Part shown: positions 49,589-58,900 of the stretch, piece by piece | Layout of the letters: each line of letters starts with the position of its first letter | Position numbering within the stretch: the first letter of the stretch is position 1 | Assembly: GCA_902792895.1 (NCBI GenBank) | Contig: CADBBK010000004.1 | Span: forward strand, 60,464-124,463 | Reading direction: 5' to 3' | Source: an uncultured Bacteroidales bacterium | Lineage (GTDB): Bacteria; Bacteroidota; Bacteroidia; Bacteroidales; Muribaculaceae | Length of the DNA: 64,000 bases | Made by a program: the position numbers and the translations under genes | Notes under the pieces: generated by a model | The model's database searches: none | What the model was told of the DNA's origin: nothing | The model's input: only the letters and a program-made list of their open reading frames with translations

Positions 49589-50578
49589 TTATGCCTTCGC
49601 CTGTTTGAGCTGTTTACGGAATTTTCTAGTGGCTATATAATTGACTACACATCCGGTCCCTAGAACCATCAAAGCCAGCATCAACGATACACCGACAAAG
49701 GACATTTTTTTCATTCTTACCTGGTCGGCGGTCAGCTGTGTGCCCCCACCAGGCGCCATAGCCTCAATATCAATAAACGGTAGCGCCAACATCCCAATCA
49801 AGCACACAAGTGTCACAAAGACAAATCCGCTGCGCCATAAAGTACCCCACAACCCATACCCAAACAGATGCATATAGACGATGGCATAATAAATACCGTA
49901 AGCGATAATGCAGGCAAATGTATATAACCCTGGGTCAACAACCCCTAACGGGAAAAACAGAAAGCCCAAAACAACCATCAAATTGGCAATGAAAACCTGG
50001 ATAAAGAACCCCTCAGGCAAGGAGTGGGCAGTGTGCCGCGGTGAATAACGGAACATGACCCACGTGGGAACCACCAGAAGCATCGAAACGCACAATGCTG
50101 TCCAACTATAGTACTTTCTCATCCAATCATTCGATGCTCCCATCGCACTTGCCGTCTGCTCGTCATAGACTTGTGAGAGATCAGCAATATCAAAACCCAG
50201 GACGGTGGGGAAAAACCAATAGAAAACCATGGAGTATAACACGGCAACGATAAACAGCATCTTCACCGGAGGGAAACTCACCTGTCGCTTGCCGTCGATG
50301 TAATCACTGATGAGGTGGCCCGGACGCCACAGCAATTGCCATAATGAGTAGAGCAGCGAGCGGTTCCCCAAGCCCCAGATGTCCATAAGGCCCTGCCGGA
50401 CACTGCGCCAGCTGACGCGCCCCAAGTCAGCCTTTTGAGAACAGATCGGGCAGAAGTTGCCCGTGAAGTCGTGACCGCAGTTAATGCAGTGATGGACCCC
50501 GCCTGAATTGAGTCTGTACTCAAAGGGTTGCTCCTGCCACTGCTTGAAGTGATCATATTTATCTTTAATTGGTCCCAT
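49589..50578 (-). CDS. DUF3667-type membrane protein with an N-terminal zinc ribbon
   Basis: 329 aa, with CINCGHDFTGNFCPICSQK followed by about 6 TM helices. Confidence 0.75.
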   Translation of the reverse strand: MGPIKDKYDHFKQWQEQPFEYRLNSGGVHHCINCGHDFTGNFCPICSQKADLGRVSWRSVRQGLMDIWGLGNRSLLYSLWQLLWRPGHLISDYIDGKRQVSFPPVKMLFIVAVLYSMVFYWFFPTVLGFDIADLSQVYDEQTASAMGASNDWMRKYYSWTALCVSMLLVVPTWVMFRYSPRHTAHSLPEGFFIQVFIANLMVVLGFLFFPLGVVDPGLYTFACIIAYGIYYAIVYMHLFGYGLWGTLWRSGFVFVTLVCLIGMLALPFIDIEAMAPGGGTQLTADQVRMKKMSFVGVSLMLALMVLGTGCVVNYIATRKFRKQLKQAKA

Positions 50579-50610
50579 GTTGTATCAAAGTGTCATTGGA
50601 TTATCGAGTG

Positions 50611-50618
50611 CAAAAATA
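50611..50618 (-). promoter_or_regulatory. -7 promoter box TATTTTTG
   Basis: The reverse complement of CAAAAATA lies 33 nt upstream of the ATG at 50578. Confidence 0.45.
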
Positions 50619-50804
50619 ACACATTTTGGCCACAGGACACGATTTATCCCCATAACCTGATGGCAGTTCATGAAAAACCATAGGCACCAGATACCATGAG
50701 ACGGCTGAATGACGGCGCTAACAGGAAACAGGCAGGTGCCCCGCAAATGGCGGGGTCGCCTGCCTGTAGCGTGCCGAGAAACTTGCTGTTACTTTATTTC
50801 ATTA

Positions 50805-51149
50805 ACCCGTTGGCGGAATTATGGAATCGATTTATTTGCCAGTCAATTGACACCCGAAGGGTGACCTTTGTGTAACCCCCGATAAATCAGGCAACCGAGC
50901 AGAGGGGGCGTGATGAGCCATGACCAGTCGCTGAAGGCGACCCCTTCGACATGGGCTAGATCAATGGGGTCGCTTCCAGCGACGAGGATAGTATTGCAAT
51001 TCCGTGGGTGATGCTAACCACTTCGCTATCGCTCAGCGGTCAGCATTACCCACGGTTACTCAAATGACCGCCCTATGGGCGTTTGTGCCATAGTCACCTA
51101 GGCATTTTCGCGTACACTCTACTATATACCATTAATACCGCCAACGGGT
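50805..51149. mobile_element. MITE-like structured element, long variant (345 bp), copy 1
   Basis: The 16-bp TIRs are ACCCGTTGGCGGAATT (50805-50820) and AATACCGCCAACGGGT (51134-51149). It has no ORF. Outside a 110-nt extra module (50821-50930), it is a close reverse-complement match, with few substitutions, to 60953-61182. Confidence 0.7.
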
Positions 51150-51285
51150 AATTGACCAATTTTTTTAGACATTTCCTGCCACGGGAAGTGAATGTTACCG
51201 ACATCTCAACCGGCATGAAAAGGCAGCTGCTAAAAACTATCAACAAAAACCGAGGCCAGGAAAGTGGAAACTGAAAACTATTTAC

Positions 51286-51293
51286 TACCTTTG
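51286..51293 (+). promoter_or_regulatory. -7 promoter box TACCTTTG
   Basis: It lies 29 nt upstream of the ATG at 51322. The track start at 51298 is TTG. Confidence 0.5.
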
Positions 51294-51321
51294 CAGGTTG
51301 AAAACTATCAAATACCAGATT

Positions 51322-51930
51322 ATGGACGTGAAACAATCAATGCAAGAAATTCTGGAGGCCGAGAGCAAGGCCGTCCTCAATATACCCATCACCGATGCCT
51401 ATGAGCAGGCGGTCAACCTCATTGTCGAGCAAGTGAAGCACGAGGGTGGCAAACTCGTCACCTCGGGCATGGGCAAGTGTGGACAAATCGCCGACAACAT
51501 CGCCACCACCTTCTCATCGACGGGCATTCCCGCCATCTTCCTGCACCCCAGCGAAGCACAGCACGGCGACCTAGGCGTGGTACAACCCCACGACGTGCTG
51601 TTGCTGCTGTCCAACTCGGGCCGCACCAACGAGATCTGCGCCCTGGTCTCGCTCGCCCACAACCTGTATCCGCAACTCAAGATTGTGGTCATCACGGGGA
51701 ACAAGGACAGCGAACTGGCACACCTGGCCGACATCTGCCTGTGGACCGGCAACACCCAGGAGGTGTGCCCCCTGGGACTGACTCCCACCACCTCGACGAC
51801 AGTGATGACCGTCATCGGCGACGTGCTGGTGGTCAACACGATGCGTGCCACCGGATTTACCAGGGAAGACTATGCCCTGCGCCACCACGGCGGCTACCTG
51901 GGCAGCATCGCCAAGGGCACGAAATACTAG
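51322..51930 (+). CDS. Single-domain SIS sugar-phosphate isomerase (KpsF/KdsD-like arabinose-5-phosphate isomerase without CBS domains)
   Basis: 202 aa, with VTSGMGKCGQIADNIATTFSSTGIPA and LLLSNSGRTNE. Confidence 0.8.
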   Translation: MDVKQSMQEILEAESKAVLNIPITDAYEQAVNLIVEQVKHEGGKLVTSGMGKCGQIADNIATTFSSTGIPAIFLHPSEAQHGDLGVVQPHDVLLLLSNSGRTNEICALVSLAHNLYPQLKIVVITGNKDSELAHLADICLWTGNTQEVCPLGLTPTTSTTVMTVIGDVLVVNTMRATGFTREDYALRHHGGYLGSIAKGTKY

Positions 51931-51961
51931 GCTTCAGTAACCATTCACGATACAGAAAACG

Positions 51962-53740
51962 ATGAACTCACTGCCGATAACGGTCGCATTGCCGCGGCTC
52001 AAAAACGACATGACGATTGCCCGGGCCCAGATGGAGTCCACGGGTGCCATGCCGCCGACCAAGGGCCTGGACGATGACATCGTTACTGAAATGCGGATAT
52101 GCTTTGCCGAGTACCTGATCACCAACAAGCGTGACTTGGAGGCCGAGCAGGTCATCGAAGAGTTCATCTATGACGATGAGCGCATGCAGCAACTGCCCGA
52201 GCCGTATGCCGCATGGCTGTGGCTCGCACGCATGACCTTGCTCATCGATGGCGGCAACCCGTCGCTGTCGCTCGGCGCTGCCGAGAATGCCCTGCTCGTC
52301 CTGTCGGGACACATGGGCAAGAAGACCGAGGACTTCAATGCCATCGTCGCTGCGCTGCTCTTCAACCTGGCCCTCGCCCATCACGACATGGGCGACAACA
52401 GCCGCGCCGCCAAGGAGCTGACCAAGGCACAGCAGCTGCTCGAGCGCCTCAGCAAGCGCAACGAGGCACGCTTCTCGGCCATGCTGCTCATGGCGGTCGA
52501 GGCTTCGACCGAGGTCATCAAGTCCAAGACCAAGCAGATGAACGTGCTGGCACACTACCAGAGCGCCAGCGAACTCTACATGAGCGAACTGGACAGCGGG
52601 GATGCCAATGCCACCCGCACCGCCATGGCCAACCTGGTCGAGACCCTGGGCAAGGAGGGCGATATCATGCTCGAGATGGGCAACGGACGCAATGCCGTCA
52701 AGTATTACACCAAGGCCCTGCGCTACCAGAAGAAACTCGGCGAGAAAATGGGCCTGCGTGACCTGCGGCTCTCCATCGGCCTGGCCAAGGCACTCATGCG
52801 ACTCATCAACCGCCGTGCCGCCGCCGAGCAACTGCTGCGCTCGCTGCTGCCGCTGGCCCAGCGCCTGGATGCCACTGCCGAGGTGCACGAGATCCAAGAC
52901 CTACTTAACAACAAGAATAAAAACGTGAACATCATGACACTGCTCAAGAGCATCTTCACCGCCGCCCTCATCATCGTGGGCACACTGGGCATGCAGGCAC
53001 AACTCATCGTGGGACACCGCGGCTCGCAATGGGGCGTAGAGAACACCCGCGCCGCCTTTATCAACGGCGCCAATGCCGGCGCATGGGGCTTGGAATGCGA
53101 CATCCGCGTCACCGGCGACGGCTCGTTTGTCATCAGCCACGACGACAGCTACAAGCGCCTGGGCGGTCCCGAAACCAAGATTGCCGACATGACCACCGAG
53201 GAGGTCCTCACGACGCGCCTGACCAGCAAGCGCCACGGCATCACCTATGCCGGCACGCCGTGCACCCTGGGCGAGTTCCTGGACATCTGCAACGAGTACA
53301 ACGTGGTGCCCGTCATCGAGATCAAGGTCTGCACCAGCATCCACAGCAACACCAAGGCCGACAACGAGCCCGTGTTTGACGGCATACCCGCCCTCGTCAA
53401 CCTCATCGACCAGAAAAAGCTGACCCATAAAGCGGTCATCATCTCGTTCATGCCCGGCGTGGTGGACTTCATCCACCGCCATTATCCCGACCTCACCGTT
53501 CAGGTGCTGGCGGGTGAAGAAGACGGCTCCATCATGGAGTGGGTAGAGTGGTGCAAGAAGTACAACATGGACCTGGACGTTGTCCACAGCATCGTCACCA
53601 AGGAGGCCGTTGACGCCATGCACGAGGCAGGGCTCAAGGTCAACGTGTGGACCGTGGACCGTGTCGAGGACTTCGAGCGTGTCAAGGCCTTGGGTGTGGA
53701 CTTCATCACCACCAACGCCCGCTTCCCCAAGGAACTGTAA
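51962..53740 (+). CDS. In-frame TPR-like protein fused to a signal-peptide-bearing glycerophosphodiester phosphodiesterase (GDPD)
   Basis: 592 aa. Residues 1-324 are helical and TPR-like. An internal ATG at 52934 opens MTLLKSIFTAALIIVGTLGMQAQ followed by the GDPD core (VGHRGS...ENT...ECDIRVTGDG...ISHD). There is no stop codon between the two parts. Confidence 0.7.
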   Translation: MNSLPITVALPRLKNDMTIARAQMESTGAMPPTKGLDDDIVTEMRICFAEYLITNKRDLEAEQVIEEFIYDDERMQQLPEPYAAWLWLARMTLLIDGGNPSLSLGAAENALLVLSGHMGKKTEDFNAIVAALLFNLALAHHDMGDNSRAAKELTKAQQLLERLSKRNEARFSAMLLMAVEASTEVIKSKTKQMNVLAHYQSASELYMSELDSGDANATRTAMANLVETLGKEGDIMLEMGNGRNAVKYYTKALRYQKKLGEKMGLRDLRLSIGLAKALMRLINRRAAAEQLLRSLLPLAQRLDATAEVHEIQDLLNNKNKNVNIMTLLKSIFTAALIIVGTLGMQAQLIVGHRGSQWGVENTRAAFINGANAGAWGLECDIRVTGDGSFVISHDDSYKRLGGPETKIADMTTEEVLTTRLTSKRHGITYAGTPCTLGEFLDICNEYNVVPVIEIKVCTSIHSNTKADNEPVFDGIPALVNLIDQKKLTHKAVIISFMPGVVDFIHRHYPDLTVQVLAGEEDGSIMEWVEWCKKYNMDLDVVHSIVTKEAVDAMHEAGLKVNVWTVDRVEDFERVKALGVDFITTNARFPKEL

Positions 53741-53770
53741 GCCTATCGTCAACTATCATTAATTTACGGA

Positions 53771-53794
53771 AGAGGTGCAAAACTCTGCGCCTCT
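53771..53794 (+). terminator. Short hairpin after the GDPD gene
   Basis: AGAGGTGC-aaaactct-GCGCCTCT forms an 8-bp stem including a G-U pair. There is no T-tract. Confidence 0.3.
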
Positions 53795-53818
53795 ATAAAA
53801 GACTGATTATCAACAGGA

Positions 53819-54307
53819 ATGTCAACTCAACTCAATAAGACCGAGGGCGACAGCGCCCTCCACACACTGCCCCACGTGGAAGGACTCACCGTGGGCATCG
53901 TTTGCGCCGAGTGGAACAACCAGGTCACCGGGGCTTTGCTCAAGGGCGCCCTAGAGCTGTTCGAGAAAGAGGGATATGAGGACGTCAACGTGACCTATGT
54001 GCCCGGTACCGTCGAACTCACCTTCGGTGCAGCTCAGATGGCCCGCACGGGTCGCTACGATGCCGTCATCATGATCGGCTGCGTCATCCGCGGCGGCACG
54101 CCCCACTTCGATTACGTCTGCGACAATGCCACGCAGGGATGCGCATTTCTCAACGCCACGCAGCAGGTGCCCATCATCTTCTGCGTGCTCACCACCGATG
54201 ACCTGCAGCAGGCATTGGACCGCGCTGGCGGCGCCTTGTGCAACAAGGGCACCGAGGCAGCCGAGGCGGCCATCAAGATGGTACACTTTGCCCGCACCGT
54301 GCAGTAA
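53819..54307 (+). CDS. ribH: 6,7-dimethyl-8-ribityllumazine synthase
   Basis: 162 aa, with VPGTVELTFGA and GGTPHFDYVC. Confidence 0.93.
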   Translation: MSTQLNKTEGDSALHTLPHVEGLTVGIVCAEWNNQVTGALLKGALELFEKEGYEDVNVTYVPGTVELTFGAAQMARTGRYDAVIMIGCVIRGGTPHFDYVCDNATQGCAFLNATQQVPIIFCVLTTDDLQQALDRAGGALCNKGTEAAEAAIKMVHFARTVQ

Positions 54308-54376
54308 TCAACGCACAGCCACCCCCGAAAGCCATGGATGGCCAGAAACTCGATAGAACTGAAAGCGTCAATAACG

Positions 54377-55750
54377 TCAGCCCTGTTTCTTCTCGAAATA
54401 GGGCTTCATCAGTTTCTTGACGCGAGGGCTCAGGGCAATGATAGTGAACATGGTGCACAGGGCCATCAGCGCAAACGCGAGGTCCATGATGCTCACCATC
54501 ACCTTGAGCGGTATCATCGCTGCCACGACAATCATCGCCAGGTAATAGTAGTTGTACCACTTGACGTTGTGGGCGCCGAAGAGGTAGTTGGTGCACTTCT
54601 GGCCATAATAACTGTAAGAGAACATCGTCGAGAAGGCGAAGAAGAAGACAATCGTCATCAGCAGCAGGTGACCGATGCCGGGCAGCAGCTGGCCCCAGGC
54701 ACCCAGGGCGACATACAGGCCCTTGGGGTCGGTCAGGCCCACATAGTTGCCGGCAATGATGATGGGGATGGAGGTCAACGTGCACACCAGGCCGGAGTCG
54801 ATGGCCGGGCCCAGCATGGCGATGAGACCCTCGCGGATGGCGTCGTTGTTCTTGCTGGCGCCGTGCATCATCGAGGCGGTACCCACACCAGCCTCGTTGA
54901 CAAAGGCGGCGCGCCGCGCACCCGTCAGGGCGACGTAGGCAAACGCACCGAATCCTGCCTCCATGCTGAAGGCGCCCTCAAATATCTGGCCGAACACGCC
55001 AGGGATAGCCTTGTAGTTGATGGCCATGATGACGAGTACCATAATCAGGTAGAGGATGACCATCACAGGAACGATGCGCGAGGCAAACAGGGCAATGCGC
55101 TTGATACCGCCCAGGATCACGGCGCCCACGATGGCAACCATCACCAGACCCATCACGAAACGCAGCGTCAGCGTGTTCTCGATGCCCATCGGCGTGGTGA
55201 ACACCGTCGTCACCGACTCCACCAGCTGGTTGGCCTGCATGAAGCACAACGTGCCCACCAGACCGAAGATGGAGAACGCCACGGCCAGCGGTTTCCACTT
55301 CTCACCCAAGCCCTTGGTAATGATGTACATGGGGCCACCCTGCACCTCACCAGCGCTGTCCTTGCCCTTGTACATGATGGAAAGCGAGCCCTCAAAGAAT
55401 TTGGTGGACATGCCCACCAGGGCGCTCACCCACATCCAGAAGACTGTGCCCGGGCCGCCAATCGACAACGCGATGGCCACGCCCGCGATATTGCCCATGC
55501 CCACCGTCGCCGCAATGGCGCTCAGCAAAGCCTGCACCGAGCTGATCTGTCCCGACTGCTTGCCCTGGTCGGTCGCCTGCTTGTCACGCAGCGCGCGCAG
55601 CGCCCACGGCAACCGCCTGATGGACACCGCCCCCGAAAAGATGAACAAAAACAGTCCGCCGCCAATCAGCAGAAAAAACTCAGGGTAGCCGCACACAGCG
55701 TCGCTGGCGGCCACAATCCAGTCACTCAATGCAGTGAGCATGTTTTCCAT
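54377..55750 (-). CDS. Alanine/glycine:cation symporter (AGCS) family transporter
   Basis: 457 aa, polytopic, with GGPGTVFWMWVSALVGM. Confidence 0.9.
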   Translation of the reverse strand: MENMLTALSDWIVAASDAVCGYPEFFLLIGGGLFLFIFSGAVSIRRLPWALRALRDKQATDQGKQSGQISSVQALLSAIAATVGMGNIAGVAIALSIGGPGTVFWMWVSALVGMSTKFFEGSLSIMYKGKDSAGEVQGGPMYIITKGLGEKWKPLAVAFSIFGLVGTLCFMQANQLVESVTTVFTTPMGIENTLTLRFVMGLVMVAIVGAVILGGIKRIALFASRIVPVMVILYLIMVLVIMAINYKAIPGVFGQIFEGAFSMEAGFGAFAYVALTGARRAAFVNEAGVGTASMMHGASKNNDAIREGLIAMLGPAIDSGLVCTLTSIPIIIAGNYVGLTDPKGLYVALGAWGQLLPGIGHLLLMTIVFFFAFSTMFSYSYYGQKCTNYLFGAHNVKWYNYYYLAMIVVAAMIPLKVMVSIMDLAFALMALCTMFTIIALSPRVKKLMKPYFEKKQG

Positions 55751-55781
55751 ATCGATTCCAAATTTTTATATTGACTGGCGA

Positions 55782-55789
55782 CAAAGGTA
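55782..55789 (-). promoter_or_regulatory. -7 promoter box TACCTTTG for the AGCS gene
   Basis: The reverse complement of CAAAGGTA lies 32 nt upstream of the ATG at 55750. Confidence 0.55.
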
Positions 55790-55964
55790 GTCAAAACTTT
55801 TCAGTTGCCAATTGTTAGCCCTGCGTTTTCATCTCCGACCAATAATAAATAGTTTATGAGAGCCGTAGAAACCGAAAGTGCTAGCACTATCAACAAAAAC
55901 TTGTGTACTTTTACACCAATCGACTCAATAAGAAAGACAAGAAGAGGTACTTGAACATTAAGTC

Positions 55965-58900
55965 CTATCGGGTAGTATTAATTCCAGGGATGACCATATC
56001 GTCCTCACTCAACGCAAATTCGTAATAGTCGTCCAACAAGTTACTGAATTCATGCACAAGATCTCGAATATCGTATGAAGTGAATAATCTTATTTGGCCG
56101 CCCAAATACATTGAATCATTTGGAATCAATGATTTATTGGGATAAATCAAATGATATCTGAAATCGTCTCCCTTAAAAATATTAGCCAACCGCTCTCGAA
56201 GGTCAAAATTAGGATTCTGGATTAGCCATGATAATGCGTCTAAATCGTCTTGATTCATATCGGGTGAGGCATTTTCCAATGCGGCTCGTAAAATCTCTTG
56301 CCGCAGTTCCAAAACAGAATCCGAGGTACATTTGGCAGCCAAAAAGCATTCTATATTGAAAAGATGATTTGCTTTAGCCACATCTCCCCAAAAAGAAAGC
56401 ACAGCAGGCTTGAACTCACCCTTAGCCTTTTGGTAATAATAAAGAGCATTTTCTATTGCCATTTGTTTCAATGATGGCGCATCAGCGGCTATTTGCGCAT
56501 TGGAAACCATTCTTGTTATCATTTGGAACAAACAATACTGCCACCATATAAAATGAGTTGAGTCCATCATATGCTGATTAACATTAAAGTGGTCAATTGA
56601 ACAAAACGCGATCGGCCCAAATGGATGACCATGTGAAATAGCCTTTGCTGCTGACTCAAATGCCCCTTCATCATGCTTCGCCAAATTATAAAATATTGAT
56701 TTAAGTGAATATCCAAAAGGTACCTCACGGCAAACTTCATTAAATTGATGGAATTCTTGCTCATTTTTAATACCTTCAGCTGCATAACAACACAATTGCG
56801 CGAACTTACAACCTTTTTCTGCTGATTGTCGCATATAATTTAACCATTGAACACTGTCTGGGAGAACATATTTATTACCTTCCATCCGCTGCAATGCGCT
56901 GACAAATTCCTTGTTAAAGCCACCATGTGGACGAGCCGACTGGAGCGCATTGAGCGCGTTTGTACTATCACCAATGGCAATGTACTCAAACACAATAGGC
57001 GGGATGTACCGATAGCCCTTGTACACTCCCATTTTCTCGTATAGGCCGATGGCTCTTTTATGGTCCTTTTGCCGTAAAGCGGAATATAATAGAGCAGGCT
57101 CATATCCCTGAAGTTCTGCCTCATACAGTTCATTGTTCAGTGTGTCACCCTCATTCACTTTCACCAACCCTTTTTGGAACAAAGCGGCCAAGCGTACCCG
57201 TTCGCTATCAAGTTGCCCTGGATGCTTTTCACATTGTTTGATGGCTTCATCATAATAGCACTTAGCGCTGTCTTTCATGTTAAGATCAGCATAAAGCTTT
57301 CCTAGCTGAAGCGAGGCTCTAGGATAACCTTGGCGACTGGCCACTCGAAAACAGTGAACGGCTTTTGGAAAGTGAACATCTAACCAAACTTCTGACTTGT
57401 TCACAACCTCTCCATCGCGCCAATCGGTGTAGTCATGTGAACTAATGTGGCCCAAATAATAGTACGCATCGACATCACCATAATAAGCAGCTTTAAGCAG
57501 CAAGTTATAGCCTTCTTTCATGTTTTTCTCTTGTCCCCAACCATAAAACCTCTGTAATCCAGCGATTCGATTTAGAATAGGGCAAGTGTCACCATACTGC
57601 TTATTATATACTTCTATTAGACTTCCAAGTCCAGAATAATCTTTTGACGCCAGGAGCACTTCGGCTGCTATGAGGCAGCCCTCGGGGTAGCGTTTCACGT
57701 CGCTTAGCGGTTTGGCATATTTCATGGCCTCCTTCAGGCTGTCGGCGACAAACTGATAGTAGTAGGTGGCCAGTTGCTTGAGGGTGGCCTCGTCGGTCAA
57801 GTGGCCCTGCCCTTTCAGGTAGGCAACAGTTACAGCGTTTTCGTTTGGCTCATGCCGGGCAAAGTCATACTTTTTCACAAAGGACTCGTAGGTCAAGGCG
57901 GGCGTCAGCAGATAAGCGCCTGCGGTGAAGGCGCATGTCAGTAACGCCATTCCTGCGGGTAGCCACCGTTTCCACACGGGCTTCTTTTCTTTCCACATTC
58001 GGCGCAAATAAGTCCCAGTGAAAACGGCTATTCCCAAAAGGGCCACAGTAGTGACAATATAAGCCCATTGATGTGTTAACCACTGCAGGCTCAAGTCTTT
58101 CAGCCCATGCCAAAGGCAAGCCCCAACAGCAATCACCAAAGCACCGATAAGCAAGCCCCAATAAGTGTTATTCTTTTGAGTTTCCTTGCGCGTTCGCTCA
58201 TCCTCTTGATTATTTAGAATCATTGTCTGAGTGCGCTTAATCTGCTCGTGGTCCTCATGCAGAGTTGCCTGATTGTTAAGTGTTTTTGCTAATATTTCAT
58301 ACTGAGGTCCTAAAATCCCAGCTAAGTCTTTATTCCTTTCTTCTTGGCCTTTTTGAAGGGCTTGGGATATTTCATTGAGTAATCCGCTGATGTACTCTAG
58401 GCTACTATTCTGATGCTCTTGTTGTTCAATGGTTTTTTCAAGGAGGCCATAGATTTTGGGGACGTCTTCGGTATTTCGACTGATGTCACGAAGTTCCACT
58501 ACAGCTTTTTCAAAGGCATCCATTGCTTGATGGAATGATGCTCTGTGGGCATCATTGTCCACCTGTGGGTCAATGGAAAAGGTTCTAACTTTATCATCCA
58601 CCTTTGATGCTGATGGTTCCAAATCGTTGCAAGTCAAGCTGAATTCAGCGGATTTACCCTCAATTTCAAGTTTATAATTTTGATACCATCTCACGTTAAA
58701 ATAGGTACGACCGTCTTCGGTTGATTGGGGGGTAAGTTCCTTCTTGTTCTTTAAAAGCTTGATTTCACTATACGATCCATCAATATACATTTTTATCTCG
58801 GGGATATTGTATGGAGCATTCTGGAACTGAGCTTTCCTGATGAGCAGTACTGTGGCTATATAAGTGAAGAGAATGTAGCGGTACACAAGATATCCCTCAG

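Noticed and set aside
50805-51149. The repeated structured element as a known housekeeping RNA (tmRNA, RNase P, SRP/4.5S, 6S, or a tRNA-like or riboswitch class)
   Set aside because: I could find none of the conserved signature sequences of those RNAs. Two inverted copies with terminal inverted repeats, plus a 7-bp target duplication on one copy, point to a transposable origin.
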